Notes: generated by a model from the sequence alone, not told the origin. DNA of 64,000 bases from Gemmatimonadales bacterium (GCA_036522815.1 DATDFC010000118.1:1306-65305); one strand, 5' to 3'; positions 44,337 to 54,610 are shown, numbered from the stretch's first letter. A program made the numbers and translations.

Positions 44337-44700
44337 GTGTTGAGCGAGCCCGCCGAGCTCTACGACCTGATCTACTCGCGGTGCAAGGATTACCCGGCCG
44401 AGACGCACCAGCTTGCAGAGCTCCTGGGTAAGGTTCACGCGCGCTGCCGCACCATACTCGATGTGGCCTGCGGCACTGCGGAACACGCCTATCTGCTCGC
44501 TACACATCATGGCTTCGAGGTTGACGGCTGTGTCGGCACTACGACGCGGTGATATGCTTGTTCAGCTCCATCGGGTATGTGCGCACCCTGGCGCAGGGCG
44601 GCGGGCGCTGGAGTGCTTTCGCGAGCACATCGCCGACGATGGCGTCGTGATCGTGGAGCCGTGGTTCACGCCCGTGGTTTGTATGTCGCGAAGGCTGCTG
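44337..44700 (+). pseudogene. class I SAM-dependent methyltransferase, disrupted (internal deletion, frameshifts, 3' truncation)
   Basis: Frame 1 YDLIYSRCKDYPAE...ILDVACGTAEH; another frame YDAVICLFSSIGYVRTLAQ; third frame CFREHIADDGVVIVEPWFTP; ends at attC 35. Confidence 0.6.
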
Positions 44701-44755
44701 TCTAAACTTGCGCCCGCGGGCGGGTCGCCCGCAGCTTAAGGGCGATCCGTTCGAC
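44700..44755 (+). repeat. attC site 35 (class S, 56 bp; boxes GTCTAAA / GTTCGAC)
   Basis: gtctaaacttgcgcccgcgggcgggtcgcccgcagcttaagggcgatccgttcgac. Confidence 0.6.
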
Positions 44756-44762
44756 AGCGGCA

Positions 44763-45110
44763 TTGCCTGTGAGCGTTCCCCTGCGCTGGTCCACAATCGC
44801 GGTTGCCTTTACAGTGCGGTGCTGCCGACCTGTGCCTTCGAGGAGATTGCCATCGTACGAGCCCATAAAAAGATGGGGTTCGTCTCAGGGGACGCGGTGC
44901 CGCTCGATATCGCCGGGCAGGTATACGAATCGGTTCGCAACGCGATTATCTATTATGCCGGGATCCATTATGAGGGGAGTGGCCATCGCGAGTGGGTGCA
45001 TAGCGTCGAACGGCGTACGCACATTGCGGGACGAATTCGACAAGGTCGCCGCTCATAATGAGCATCACCTGAGTCAAATCAGGTCGGCGCTTGGCCGTGC
45101 AGCCGTCTAA
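44763..45110 (+). CDS. hypothetical protein, possibly frameshifted
   Basis: TTG start; C-terminus DEFDKVAAHNEHHLSQIRSAL looks protein-like, but the N-terminal half looks better in the frame of ORF 44708..45058; stop TAA in GTCTAAC box. Confidence 0.3.
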   Translation: MPVSVPLRWSTIAVAFTVRCCRPVPSRRLPSYEPIKRWGSSQGTRCRSISPGRYTNRFATRLSIMPGSIMRGVAIASGCIASNGVRTLRDEFDKVAAHNEHHLSQIRSALGRAAV

Positions 45111-45130
45111 CATGCTGTTGTAGGTACGGG
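45105..45130 (+). repeat. attC relic, truncated (R'' GTCTAAC plus degenerate left arm)
   Basis: gtctaacatgctgttgtaggtacggg vs class B gcctaacatgcgcttgaggctgtcggg. Confidence 0.45.
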
Positions 45131-45140
45131 ACCGCCCAAA

Positions 45141-45470
45141 ATGGCCTTCGACGAACGATTAGCGGAACGAATTCGCGGCTCGCTTGGTCGGCGCAAGGGC
45201 TTCGCTGAGAAGAAGATGTTCGGCGGAGTGGGGTTCCTCCTGAATGGCAATATGTGCGTGGGCCTGCACGGTGCCGAGCTGATCGTACGACTGGCCCCCG
45301 AAGATACCGACCGGGCGCTCAAGCAAGCCAATACCCGGCGCTTCGATCTTACCGGGCGGCCGATGAAAGGCTGGATTCTGGTGAAGCCGGCAGGCCTCAA
45401 GACCGACGCCCAGCTGGGCAAGTGGATTGCGGTGGCGGTCGCGTTTGCGGGCAGGTTGCGGGCCAAGTAG
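45141..45470 (+). CDS. TfoX N-terminal domain protein (109 aa)
   Basis: LAERIRGSLGRRKGFAEKKMFGGVGFLLNGNMCVGLHGAELIVRL...GRPMKGWILV. Confidence 0.75.
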   Translation: MAFDERLAERIRGSLGRRKGFAEKKMFGGVGFLLNGNMCVGLHGAELIVRLAPEDTDRALKQANTRRFDLTGRPMKGWILVKPAGLKTDAQLGKWIAVAVAFAGRLRAK

Positions 45471-45618
45471 GGCTTGTCTTGGGGGTGTCGTTGTTCCTGG
45501 GCGCGCGCGGGATCGCACGCTTGTGGACACTTGCTCGATCCGCTGGCGTCAGCCGGTCGTGAACCCTAGCTCACCTGTGACGCCCTTTGCCGGGCGAGGG
45601 TATACACACAGACCACCC

Positions 45619-46065
45619 ATGCTACGACACGCTCGCATCTCCCTCATTCTCGGCTCGCTGCTTGGGGCATGCCGGTCACCGCTGGACCCGTCCCGCCTCG
45701 ACGTCGAGATTCGCACCGCGCAGGCCGTGTACCGCCCGCTGGATCTTGCGGTCGCTAGGATCACGAACCGCTCCGGTGTCACAATCTTCCGTGATCTGTG
45801 CTCAGGTCAGATCGAGGGTCGCCGTAGCCCCGCGGACGACTGGAATGGCAGCTACGGTAGTGGCCGCGCGTGCGCGCTGCTTGCCGGCGTACGGTACCCG
45901 GAACCCCAGCGGATCGCGCCGGGCGAGACCGTATCGGACACGTTGCCGATCAACGCCGATGCTTACACCGGCGAGTGGCGGTTCCAGTACTTCCTCTACG
46001 ACGAGGCGGGCCAGCTATTGCCTCTCGAGCAGCGTATCTCCAACGTGTTCCGCGTCCTTCGGTAG
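45619..46065 (+). CDS. hypothetical lipoprotein (148 aa)
   Basis: ATG 45619 in track ORF 45427..46065; lipobox ISLILGSLLGAC. Confidence 0.5.
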   Translation: MLRHARISLILGSLLGACRSPLDPSRLDVEIRTAQAVYRPLDLAVARITNRSGVTIFRDLCSGQIEGRRSPADDWNGSYGSGRACALLAGVRYPEPQRIAPGETVSDTLPINADAYTGEWRFQYFLYDEAGQLLPLEQRISNVFRVLR

Positions 46066-46146
46066 TTCGGCTGGGCCTCTCGGCAGCTTGCGACTTTCAC
46101 CGCCGCCGCATGAGCGCCCTGACACCCAGCTCGACTCGAGTCCAAG

Positions 46147-46728
46147 ATGGATCTGTTCGCTGGAAGCAATCGCTCGGTCGTCGCCCGCTATCTCGCTGGT
46201 GAGGTATCGCTCGATTCTGCTGCGAGCGAGTTGGCGGAGCTATGGAAAGAGTTGGCGCGGGCGGGGGGACCGGCACAGCAGCGGATGCGCAGCCGTTTGC
46301 CGGGCGAGGCGTACGAGCTCAGCGACAAGGATATCCCTAAGCTGCGGGCGCTCATGGAGCGCGTTGAAGCCAACATGGACCTCGTTGGTGAAGGCGCCCG
46401 ACGATACCTCAAGGAGCCCCGCACTTCGCCATTCGACGATACTGTGCGTCTGCTTGCGCGCGATGTCGCTAGAACGCTCGGGGTTGAGCAAGTCCCGGTC
46501 GTATGGTACTTCGCCGATAACGTGCGGCACCTCGAGAGCCGTCATTCAGAAGACAAGTGCATCGAGGACGTTCAGCAGTACTTCCAGGATACCTTCGTGG
46601 ACACCACATGGCCTGCCTGCCCGCGCCATCCAAACCACCCACTCGACCACGTCGATGGTGCCTGGTGCTGTCCACGCGACCGAGCTGCCGTGGCGCGCCT
46701 CGGCGAGTTACCCCATCGCTCCGGGTAG
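46147..46728 (+). CDS. hypothetical protein (193 aa)
   Basis: Cytoplasmic; C-terminal Cys/His cluster WPACPRHPNHPLDHVDGAWCCP; no family recognised. Confidence 0.5.
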   Translation: MDLFAGSNRSVVARYLAGEVSLDSAASELAELWKELARAGGPAQQRMRSRLPGEAYELSDKDIPKLRALMERVEANMDLVGEGARRYLKEPRTSPFDDTVRLLARDVARTLGVEQVPVVWYFADNVRHLESRHSEDKCIEDVQQYFQDTFVDTTWPACPRHPNHPLDHVDGAWCCPRDRAAVARLGELPHRSG

Positions 46729-46734
46729 CGTGCC

Positions 46735-46790
46735 GCCTACTCTTGCGCCGGCGGGCGGGTCGCCCGCAGCTTGAACGCGATCCGTTAGGC
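46735..46790 (+). repeat. attC site 36 (class S, 56 bp; R'' GCCTAC-)
   Basis: gcctactcttgcgccggcgggcgggtcgcccgcagcttgaacgcgatccgttaggc. Confidence 0.7.
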
Positions 46791-46805
46791 GGCGTCCGAT
46801 ACGCT

Positions 46806-47315
46806 ATGAGCGCGTCTCGTGCCAGAAGACGTGCGACTCCGCTCTCTGCGGCGGTCTGCGCGTTAGCGCTGATACCCGTTCGGGGATCAGGGCAGGCGCC
46901 GCCGTCTGCGCGGGCGCAAGTCGTCTGGCATTGGTTCGGTGGCTGTGTGGGTCCTGACTCGCTGGTTCTCGAGTTTCATGTCGATGGCAAAATGGTCTAC
47001 AGTGCGACGTTCCCCGTCTGCCAGATGCGTCGCGCCGACATCCGTCCGGAGCCGCAGCAGCGCGTGCTGACGTTCCACTTCGACGCGGCACCCCATCGGT
47101 TCGGGAGTCAGTATCGAGCGCTTGAGCCCGAGCCGATCACCGGCAATGTCTGGGAGGCGGGTGGGCGGCAGACGGCGGTGGTGTTGGGCGTTTCGTTCGC
47201 CACTGCGGAACGCGTGCTGTTGAACACGCGTCATGCGGCGCGTCCCGATCGCCCGGCTCGGTCGGAATGGATTCGGGGGCTTGAGCTGATCACACGACCC
47301 GCCCGGCGGAGCTGA
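46806..47315 (+). CDS. hypothetical secreted protein (169 aa)
   Basis: ATG 16 nt after attC36; signal peptide LSAAVCALALIPVRGSGQA. Confidence 0.5.
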   Translation: MSASRARRRATPLSAAVCALALIPVRGSGQAPPSARAQVVWHWFGGCVGPDSLVLEFHVDGKMVYSATFPVCQMRRADIRPEPQQRVLTFHFDAAPHRFGSQYRALEPEPITGNVWEAGGRQTAVVLGVSFATAERVLLNTRHAARPDRPARSEWIRGLELITRPARRS

Positions 47316-47442
47316 GCGGAGGCTGATGTGGCTCGCGGCGCTCGGCGTCCTACCATCGGGCCGAAAGGTCGTCGACACGGTGCGGGCACGGCTGTCGCCC
47401 ACGTAACTGCGGACTCTCGTTCATGTTCAAAAGGGGGCTTAC

Positions 47443-47940
47443 GTGCGCTGTCGTCTGCACCTGCTACTCGCCACCGTCCTGCTGGCCGGCAGCTTTCCCC
47501 TGCATGCTCAAGCACCGGTTGTCGGTGCGAGCGATCCGGACGCCCTGTTCCGCAGCAGTGACCCAAAGCTCAATGCAAACAAGCAGGCTGCCTACCACAT
47601 CGTCAAAGAGCTGCTCGAGGCGGGCCACTGGGAGCTGGCGGACAGGTATTTGACGGAGCGCTACATCCAGCACAATCCTAACGCTCGGTCGGGACGCGAG
47701 GGTGTGGTGAGATTCTTCACCGAGGTCAGGAAGGTCAAACCCACGCCGCTCCCGGAGAAGATCAGGACCAAGGTCGTATCGGTGGTGGCCGAGGGCGATC
47801 TCGTCGTGGTCGCGTACGTACAGGAGGTGAAGGACGCCAAGGATCCGTCGAAGAGCTACAGCACGACGTGGTTCGATATGTGGCGTTTCGAGGATGGCAA
47901 AGCGGACGAACATTGGGATCCGGCGACGCGGATGCAATGA
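47443..47940 (+). CDS. secreted SnoaL-like / NTF2-fold protein (165 aa)
   Basis: GTG start; signal peptide LLLATVLLAGSFPLHAQ; YLTERYIQHNPNARSGREGVVRFF ... WFDMWRFEDGKADEHWD. Confidence 0.7.
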   Translation: MRCRLHLLLATVLLAGSFPLHAQAPVVGASDPDALFRSSDPKLNANKQAAYHIVKELLEAGHWELADRYLTERYIQHNPNARSGREGVVRFFTEVRKVKPTPLPEKIRTKVVSVVAEGDLVVVAYVQEVKDAKDPSKSYSTTWFDMWRFEDGKADEHWDPATRMQ

Positions 47941-47943
47941 CTC

Positions 47944-48258
47944 ATGACTGCTGTGCGCCCTCTTGCCCTGACGCTCGTGCTGTTTGCTGCCTGCGGTGGG
48001 AACCCACTTCCCGAGTGGAAGACCTCTCCGACCCCAGGGCCCAACGCGAGGCGCGTCGATCGCCTCGAGAGGTTCATCAACGCGCAGGCCTGGCACCGCT
48101 CACCGTATTCCCGCGTGAACGACCCCGTAGACTCCCCGATCTACCTGATCGTGGCCGATGATGGCACCGCATGCATTGCGCCCGCGGAGGATTGGACGAT
48201 TGCAGCGCGCGGCGATTTCTACCCGTGTCCCGGCGCCTGGCGAATCGCCCAGCGATGA
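47944..48258 (+). CDS. hypothetical lipoprotein (104 aa)
   Basis: Lipobox LTLVLFAACGG; starts 4 nt after the previous stop. Confidence 0.5.
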   Translation: MTAVRPLALTLVLFAACGGNPLPEWKTSPTPGPNARRVDRLERFINAQAWHRSPYSRVNDPVDSPIYLIVADDGTACIAPAEDWTIAARGDFYPCPGAWRIAQR

Positions 48259-48278
48259 TCACCGATGATGATTGACAG

Positions 48279-48372
48279 GTCTACCTGCTGGCGCGAACTG
48301 GGAGCGGCATGTTTCGCCATGCCGATGAGGCGGCGAGCGAGTCGCCCGCAGCTTAGGCCCGATCCGTTAGGC
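48279..48372 (+). repeat. attC site 37, degenerate (94 bp; R'' GTCTACC), last site with an R' box
   Basis: gtctacctgctggcgcgaac...ggcgagcgagtcgcccgcagcttaggcccgatccGTTAGGC. Confidence 0.65.
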
Positions 48373-48482
48373 CGCAGCGCGAGGCTTCGCCCCTCGGTGC
48401 TTCCAGCATCTGGGAGTATCATGCTGGAATTCACCGTTGAGTGGCTTGCCGGGTCGTGATCTCGCAGGTGAAGGAGCCGTAA

Positions 48483-49085
48483 ATGCGAGTGGTGGTCCAC
48501 GAGTTCATCACCCTTGACGGCGTGGTGCAGGGGCCCGGTAAGTCAGGTGGCCTGGGTGAGGACACCATCGGCGGCTTCCGTCACGGTGGCTGGTCGGTGC
48601 CGTACAACGACTCGGAGGTTTGGGCCGCCATAAACCGTTTCGCCGAGCGCAGCGGCGCCGTGCTGTTGGGGCGGAGCACTTATCGATCGGGCGCGACCGT
48701 CTGGCCAGACCGCCCGGGCCCGTTCGCCGACTGGATCAACCGCGCCCAGAAGTATGTCGTATCACGCACCCTCTCCGGATCCGACGACACGCCATGGAAG
48801 CCGACAACCATCATCCGGGGTGCCGACCTTCTGAAGGAGGTGGCGCGGCTGCGCGACCAGCCGGGCGGCGACATCTACGTCTACGGCAGCTTGAGCGTCG
48901 TGCGGGCGCTGCTGGCCGCCGGACTGGTCGACGAGCTCGTCCTCATGATCGAGCCGATCACGCTCGGCGGCGGAACGACGCTGTTCCCCACCGACGGCGA
49001 AGCGCGACCGTTGAAGCTCATCTCGGCCACCACCACCGGTACGGGTGTGCAGATCTGCCGTTACCAGCCCGCGCGCCGATCATGA
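48483..49085 (+). CDS. dihydrofolate reductase-like (RibD C-terminal domain) family protein
   Basis: VVVHEFITLDGVVQGPG, VLLGRSTYRS, KYVVSRTL, IYVYGSLSVVRALLAAGLVDELVLMIEP. Confidence 0.8.
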   Translation: MRVVVHEFITLDGVVQGPGKSGGLGEDTIGGFRHGGWSVPYNDSEVWAAINRFAERSGAVLLGRSTYRSGATVWPDRPGPFADWINRAQKYVVSRTLSGSDDTPWKPTTIIRGADLLKEVARLRDQPGGDIYVYGSLSVVRALLAAGLVDELVLMIEPITLGGGTTLFPTDGEARPLKLISATTTGTGVQICRYQPARRS

Positions 49086-49134
49086 TCCCTCTCGGTGTCG
49101 CGCTCGTGCGGTGGCCGGCGGCCGCCGAAGCGGC

Positions 49135-49797
49135 ATGACCACCAGCGCGTCCGTCACTCGAAGTCGTGCCGTGCGGCAGGGCCAATGGCTCACGTGGACC
49201 ACGATCGGCTACAACAGCCTCGAGGGCATCCTCTCCGTCGTTGCAGGACTGCTGGCCGGCAGCGTGGCTCTCGTGGGATTCGGTGTTGACAGCGTCATCG
49301 AGGTTACGGCGAGTTTCGCTGCCATCTGGCGCCTGCGGGTGGACGCCGACCCGGCCCGGCGTGCCGTTGCCGAACGGCGAGCTCTGCGCGTAATCGGGTG
49401 GTGCTTTTTGGCGCTGGCGACGTACGTGGCAATTGACGCCGGTGGGTCGCTACTGGGGCGAGCCGCAGCGGAAGCGACCTTCCTCGGCATGGCGATCGCG
49501 ATTGCCTCACTCGTCGTGATGCCCTTACTGGCGCGGGCCAAACGCAAGGTAGCCACGACCCTCGGTAGCCAGGCGATTCGTGCCGAGGCGCGGCAGACCG
49601 ATATCTGCATGTATCTGTCGATGATCCTCCTGGGTGGTCTGGGATTCAATGCGCTGCTCGGCTGGTGGTGGGCAGATCCAGTCGCGGCTCTGTGCATGGT
49701 CCCGCTTATCGGCTGGGAGGGTCGGGAAGCACTGCGGGGCCGTGCCGCCTGCGATGATTGCGTTGATGCCGCGCGACGGGTCGATATCGACGTATAA
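49135..49797 (+). CDS. cation diffusion facilitator-like membrane protein (TM domain only, 220 aa)
   Basis: ATG 49135; [36 protein letters not shown], later [12 protein letters not shown]. Confidence 0.6.
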   Translation: MTTSASVTRSRAVRQGQWLTWTTIGYNSLEGILSVVAGLLAGSVALVGFGVDSVIEVTASFAAIWRLRVDADPARRAVAERRALRVIGWCFLALATYVAIDAGGSLLGRAAAEATFLGMAIAIASLVVMPLLARAKRKVATTLGSQAIRAEARQTDICMYLSMILLGGLGFNALLGWWWADPVAALCMVPLIGWEGREALRGRAACDDCVDAARRVDIDV

Positions 49798-49798
49798 G

Positions 49799-50569
49799 GT
49801 GCTGCCTAGCGTGGCTCATGCGGTCTTTGCCGTGACCATGATCGCCCTCGGAGTCCTGGGCCTGATCACGGGTGATTTCACCCCGATCTGGCTGCCCGCG
49901 CCTGGCGGCGTACTCCGCGCGCTCCTCGTCTATCTCTGCGCCATCGTCCCGCTGGCCTCCGGCGTCGGGCTGCTCTGGCCGGGAGCCGCCGCCGTCGCTT
50001 CCCGTGGGCTGGTCGGCCTGCTCCTGGCCTGGCTGCTGCTATGGGATGTGCCCCACCTCGTCCTCCATCCCGGGATGGAGCTTACGTGGGCAGTCGCGAA
50101 AAGCGCGGCGCTGGTGGCGCCCGCCTGGGTGCTGTACGTCTGGTTCGCGGGCGAGCGGGATCGGCCGCGGCTCGGCTTCGTCACTGGCGACGCGGGACTG
50201 CGCATCGCGCGGGCGCTGTACGGCCTGGCCTTGATCGTTTTCGGCCTCGCCCATTTCACCTATATCGAGCGAACCACGTCGATGGTGCCCGGTTGGCTGC
50301 CATGGCATCTGGCCTGGGCGTACTTCTTCGGCTGTACCTTTATCGCGGGGGGCGTAGCGGTGCTCATCGGCGTGTATGCACGGCTGGCAGCCATGCTCAC
50401 GGTGCTGCAGCTGGGTATGTTCACCCTGCTGGTGTGGATACCCGTCGTGGTGGCGAGACCCAGCGCCTCCGATTGGAGCGAGTTCGTCGTCTCTTGGGCG
50501 TTGACGGCCGCCGCTGGGGTGGTGGCGGACTCTTACGGCGGCATGCCGGCGGCCTCCCAGAACCCATGA
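49799..50569 (+). CDS. DoxX-like multi-pass membrane protein
   Basis: GTG 49799 right after the previous stop (in-frame ATG alternatives at 49754/49766); about 6 TM segments. Confidence 0.45.
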   Translation: MLPSVAHAVFAVTMIALGVLGLITGDFTPIWLPAPGGVLRALLVYLCAIVPLASGVGLLWPGAAAVASRGLVGLLLAWLLLWDVPHLVLHPGMELTWAVAKSAALVAPAWVLYVWFAGERDRPRLGFVTGDAGLRIARALYGLALIVFGLAHFTYIERTTSMVPGWLPWHLAWAYFFGCTFIAGGVAVLIGVYARLAAMLTVLQLGMFTLLVWIPVVVARPSASDWSEFVVSWALTAAAGVVADSYGGMPAASQNP

Positions 50570-51204
50570 TCTCAGGTCAGCAAGCACTCGTGCAGTTGCG
50601 AGAAGGCAACCGTCGCTTTGTTGCCAGCATTCGCGACCCGGCTGCTCCGCTCAGCCAACCCCGCCCCGTGCGGCTCCCGCTTGCCCAAGAGCCGTTTGCC
50701 ATTGTGCTCGGGTGTTCTGACGCTCGTGTTCCCGCAGAGCTCGTTTTCGGGCAGGGGTTTGGCGACCTCTTCGTGATCCGGGTAGCTGGCAATATTGTGG
50801 CGCCCTCCCAGGTCGGCAGCGTCGAGTTTGCGGCTGCGCGCTTCGGCACGCGTCTGGCGGTCGTGCTGGGGCACACGCAGTGTGGCGCCATCGCGGCTAC
50901 GGTAGAGGAGCTCCGCCAGCCCGCCTCGCATCAGTCCCCCAATCTCCGCTCCATCGTGGACCGGATCCGCCCCTCGGTCGAGCCTCTGCTCGCCACGGCC
51001 GTGGGGCTCGAGCCCGAGGCCTTGCTCGCGCACGCAGTCCGCGCCAACATCCGGGCGGCCGCGGATCATTTGCGACATGGGTCCGGGGTTCTGGAGCGGC
51101 TCGTCGACCGCGACGGGCTGCTGATCGTCGGCGCAGAGTACTGTCTCGAAACTGGGGTCGTGGACTTTTTCGATGGTGTGCCGGAGGCTGGATCGCGCGG
51201 ATGA
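50566..51204 (+). CDS. beta-class carbonic anhydrase
   Basis: ATG overlaps previous stop (ATGA); [39 protein letters not shown]. Confidence 0.85.
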   Translation: MISGQQALVQLREGNRRFVASIRDPAAPLSQPRPVRLPLAQEPFAIVLGCSDARVPAELVFGQGFGDLFVIRVAGNIVAPSQVGSVEFAAARFGTRLAVVLGHTQCGAIAATVEELRQPASHQSPNLRSIVDRIRPSVEPLLATAVGLEPEALLAHAVRANIRAAADHLRHGSGVLERLVDRDGLLIVGAEYCLETGVVDFFDGVPEAGSRG

Positions 51205-51216
51205 GGAGGGCAGCTC

Positions 51217-51762
51217 ATGACGACGCGCCGCAACGTCATCGTCCACATCGCCGCCAGCGCGGACGGCTACATCGCCCGCCCCGACGGTGACATCGACTGG
51301 CTGACGTCCCGCCCCGCTCCCAAAGGTTTCTATGGCATGAACACCTTCATGAAGTCGATCGACACGATGCTGCTGGGGCGGAAGACCTACGAGGCGAGCG
51401 TGCGCATGGGGGCGAAGTTCGATTCGAAGGGTCGGCACATCGTCTTCTCGCAACAGGCGCCACCCGCGGACGTCCCACCAGGCGTGGAGTTCGTAAACAC
51501 TGCAATCGGCTCATTCCTGAGTCGTCTGCGGGAGCGGCCCGGCAAGGATATCTGGCTGATGGGCGGCGGCGAGCTCATCGCCTCCTTTCTTGACGAACAC
51601 GCGATCGACGAGTTCGTCATCAGTGTGGTCCCGGTGTTCATTGGGGATGGCATCCCACTCATCGCGCGGCGTCACCGCCACGTGCCCATGGATTTGCGCT
51701 CCGTCGAACGGTTCGACGATGGGGTGGTGCAACTGCGTTACCGTGTCCCGAACGACGCCTGA
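51217..51762 (+). CDS. dihydrofolate reductase-like (RibD C-terminal domain) family protein
   Basis: VIVHIAASADGYIARPDG, MLLGRKTYE, IWLMGGGELIASFLDEHAIDEFVISVVP. Confidence 0.8.
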   Translation: MTTRRNVIVHIAASADGYIARPDGDIDWLTSRPAPKGFYGMNTFMKSIDTMLLGRKTYEASVRMGAKFDSKGRHIVFSQQAPPADVPPGVEFVNTAIGSFLSRLRERPGKDIWLMGGGELIASFLDEHAIDEFVISVVPVFIGDGIPLIARRHRHVPMDLRSVERFDDGVVQLRYRVPNDA

Positions 51763-51769
51763 TACCCCC

Positions 51770-52467
51770 GTGAAATCGTTCTTCGTTGTGTTGGGCATCG
51801 TGTCTGCGTCGTGCGGTCTCCATGCGCAGGCGCCTGGCTGGCAGCCGTCGCCAGGACATGCGCAGACTCCGACAGTGGCGCTGCGGTCGTGGTCTTTCCC
51901 GGCGGCGGCTATCAGATTCTGGCCATCGACCTCGAAGGCACGGAGGTCTGTGACTGGCTGACATCCAGGGGGATCACGTGCGTGCTGCTCAAGTATCGTG
52001 TACCCAAGGTCGGACCGTCTTGGAACCAGCCGTGCGGTTGTGACCGCAAGACCGGAGCATCCATGCCGCTCGAAGATGCGCAGCGGACGGTCGGGCTGGT
52101 GCGCTTTCACGCCGCGGAGTGGCACATCGACCCACGCAAAATCGGGGTGCTCGGGTTTTCAGCAGGTGGGCACCTGGTCGCCGCAGTGAGCACGCATTGT
52201 GACGCCCGAGTGTATCCGGCGGTGGATGCTGCCGACCGGGAGAGCTGCCGTCCGGATTTCGCGGTAGCGCTGTCTGACAACGTGGACGACATGCGCAATT
52301 CGCTGGTTTACTACATTGCCCTGAAGAACGCCGGCGTGCCGGCGGAATTGCATCTGTACGCGGAAGGGGGACACGCCTTTGGCCTGCGGCGAACAGAGCG
52401 TCCGATTACGGCATGGCCTCGGCTGGTCGAAACGTGGCTCAAGACCATCGGGATGATTTCGGACTAG
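51770..52467 (+). pseudogene. secreted alpha/beta hydrolase (esterase), apparently frameshifted with internal deletions
   Basis: GTG 51770 frame gives signal peptide VKSFFVVLGIVSASCGLHAQA; catalytic domain (AAVVVFPGGGY, GFSAGGHL, LYAEGGHAFG) is in the frame of ORF 51811..52467. Confidence 0.45.
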
Positions 52468-52474
52468 GTGTCTT

Positions 52475-52771
52475 GTGCCCCGGCGACCCATGGTTCACAA
52501 CGCCATCGAGCGGCTCGCGAAGCTGTTTCGTGACGCTGGCGCGGCCCATGAGAAAGCATTTGCCGCCACCAACGGCCAAGACCCGGAGTGGGCACGCTGG
52601 TATGCCCGCTACCTCGCGCCGCGGCTGCAGCAGGAGCTTGGCGGTCAGGTGGACCAGGAGGCGCTGGCCGCGGATCTCAGTCAGGTGGACAGCGATTATC
52701 GAGCTGGTGAGGGCAGGGAGCCGTGGCCGGAGTTCTACGCGCGGTGGTTCATCCGCCGGCGGCAGCAGTGA
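52475..52771 (+). CDS. hypothetical protein (98 aa)
   Basis: AHEKAFAATNGQDPEWARWYARYLAP...; no family recognised. Confidence 0.45.
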   Translation: MPRRPMVHNAIERLAKLFRDAGAAHEKAFAATNGQDPEWARWYARYLAPRLQQELGGQVDQEALAADLSQVDSDYRAGEGREPWPEFYARWFIRRRQQ

Positions 52772-52786
52772 CCAACGGGGGGATCG

Positions 52787-53293
52787 GTGAACCCAGAGCA
52801 GGCCCTGCTGACGCACTTCCTTGCCGCCATCGCGTATCGCACGCAGAAGGCGCTACGAGAAGCGCCGCCGCACTTCGCCCAGTTTGCGGCGGGACACCAG
52901 GTGCGCACGCCCGGTGAGATCCTCCGGCACATGACAAGCCTCATGGGCTACACACGCACGCTGTTCCTCGGCGGCACCTACCCCGTCAAACCGGAGCCGC
53001 TGGCCACACTTGCCGACGAGATCAAGCGGTTCCACGATATGCTCGCGGAGGTTGGTCGTCTGCTGGCGGCCGGAACGCCGTTACGCGAGATCTCTCATCA
53101 GCAGCTCCTCCAGGGCCCGTTTGCCGATTGTATGACGCATGTCGGGCAGCTGGCATTGCTACGGCGACTTGCCGATGCGCCCGTGGCGCCGGAGAATTTC
53201 GTGTACGCCGACATCCACCGCGACCGCCTCGGTCCTGACCAAGCCATGCCGGCGCGTCCAGATCGACATTGGCCCGAGCGGCCGACGAGCTAG
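52787..53293 (+). CDS. DinB-superfamily-like protein (168 aa)
   Basis: Helical, spaced His residues (HFLAAIAYRT, ILRHMTSLMGY, CMTHVGQLALLRR). Confidence 0.5.
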   Translation: MNPEQALLTHFLAAIAYRTQKALREAPPHFAQFAAGHQVRTPGEILRHMTSLMGYTRTLFLGGTYPVKPEPLATLADEIKRFHDMLAEVGRLLAAGTPLREISHQQLLQGPFADCMTHVGQLALLRRLADAPVAPENFVYADIHRDRLGPDQAMPARPDRHWPERPTS

Positions 53294-53308
53294 AAGGAGC
53301 AAGTGAGT

Positions 53309-53592
53309 ATGGTGCACGTGAACCATGTTGCAGTTGTTGTGGCGGCCGTCGCCGTGTTGGTGCTGGGCTGGCTCTCGCCTACTTACTCGCGTGCCTCGCG
53401 GTCCTCGTCGGCGTCGGCAGCTGCATGAGCGCGATACAGTTCGGCCTCTTCTTGTGGATCGGGTTCCCGGTGATCCTCCTCGCCGGATCGGTGCTCTGGG
53501 GGAACGTCCCGTGGAGGGTGGCCGCCATCCATGCCGGTGACTGGCTCGTGAAGTCGCTGGTGATAGCGATCATCGTGAGCGTGTGGCATTGA
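53309..53592 (+). pseudogene. DUF1761-like membrane protein gene with internal deletion/frameshift
   Basis: GAAGGAG RBS + ATG 53309: MVHVNHVAVVVAAVAVLVLGWL then stop after 39 codons; C-terminal half (LWIGFPVILLAG...VIAIIVSVWH) in the frame of ORF 53269..53592. Confidence 0.5.
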
Positions 53593-53613
53593 GAGAGTGA
53601 CGCGATTCCTCCC

Positions 53614-54204
53614 ATGCGCATTCTCCTGATCGGTGCCACCGGCACCATCGGCAAGGCCATCGCCGCCGCGCTCAGCCCGCGACATGACGTCCTGCGCGCG
53701 AGTCGCCAGCAGGCCCCGCTCCACGTCGACTTAGCCGACCCGGCATCGATCCGGGCCTTGTACGCGAAGGTCGGCAAGGTCGGCGCCGTGATCAGCGCCG
53801 CCGGTCAGGCCAGCTTCAAGCCCCTCGACGAGCTCTCGGATGCTGATTTCCGTTTCAGCCTCGACAACAAGCTCATGGGGCAGGTCAACGTGGTCAGGTA
53901 TGGATTCGACCGCGTCGACGACAACGGCTCGATCACCATTACCAGCGGCATTCTGGCCCAGCGGCCAGCGCGCGGCAGCGGTGCCGTGAGCCTCGTGAAC
54001 GCCGGCCTCGAGGGCTTTGCCCGAGCGGCCGCGCTCGAGGCCCCCCGAGGCATTCGGATCAATGTGGTGAGCCCACCCTGGGTTACCGAGACGCTGCAGG
54101 CACTCGGGATGCCGCTCCAAGGCGGCTTGCCAGCTGCCACGGTGGCACAAGCGTACGTGGGCAGCGTCGAAGGGACGGCGACCGGTCAAGTCATTTCTCC
54201 GTAG
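53614..54204 (+). CDS. short-chain dehydrogenase/reductase (196 aa)
   Basis: MRILLIGATGTIGKAI NAD(P) motif; ITSGILAQ...; RINVVSPPWV. Confidence 0.8.
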   Translation: MRILLIGATGTIGKAIAAALSPRHDVLRASRQQAPLHVDLADPASIRALYAKVGKVGAVISAAGQASFKPLDELSDADFRFSLDNKLMGQVNVVRYGFDRVDDNGSITITSGILAQRPARGSGAVSLVNAGLEGFARAAALEAPRGIRINVVSPPWVTETLQALGMPLQGGLPAATVAQAYVGSVEGTATGQVISP

Positions 54205-54214
54205 GAGGATCCCG

Positions 54215-54610
54215 ATGCCGCAGCGACTCCGACTCTTCTATTCGACTCTTACCGGCGTCCTGCTCCTAATCCCCGCTCTGGCGCTGTACCGCAACCTGTC
54301 CGGGCCCGCGGACATATGGTGGACGCCCCCTGCCATGGCCTTGTCCCTCAGCGAGAGCCAGGATCGCGTGCAGATCTACGCTCGTGGCCGGCCGCTGGCA
54401 GCGCTGCTGGACGCGAAGCTACTGTGGGTCAAGGACGAGGCAGCATCCACGCCTCTGGGCGCGCATGAGATCGGCCTCCGCCTCAACAACTGGGACCGCG
54501 TTCGAGCGGCGCGACTCCCTGTTTTGCTGATCTACGCCGCGGCGTGCGGAGGTGGCGTGGTGCTGCTGCTCGTCATCGCGACCGGACGGCTGACCTATCG
54601 GGAGGTCTGA
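54215..54610 (+). CDS. hypothetical membrane protein (131 aa)
   Basis: N- and C-terminal TM segments. Confidence 0.5.
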   Translation: MPQRLRLFYSTLTGVLLLIPALALYRNLSGPADIWWTPPAMALSLSESQDRVQIYARGRPLAALLDAKLLWVKDEAASTPLGAHEIGLRLNNWDRVRAARLPVLLIYAAACGGGVVLLLVIATGRLTYREV

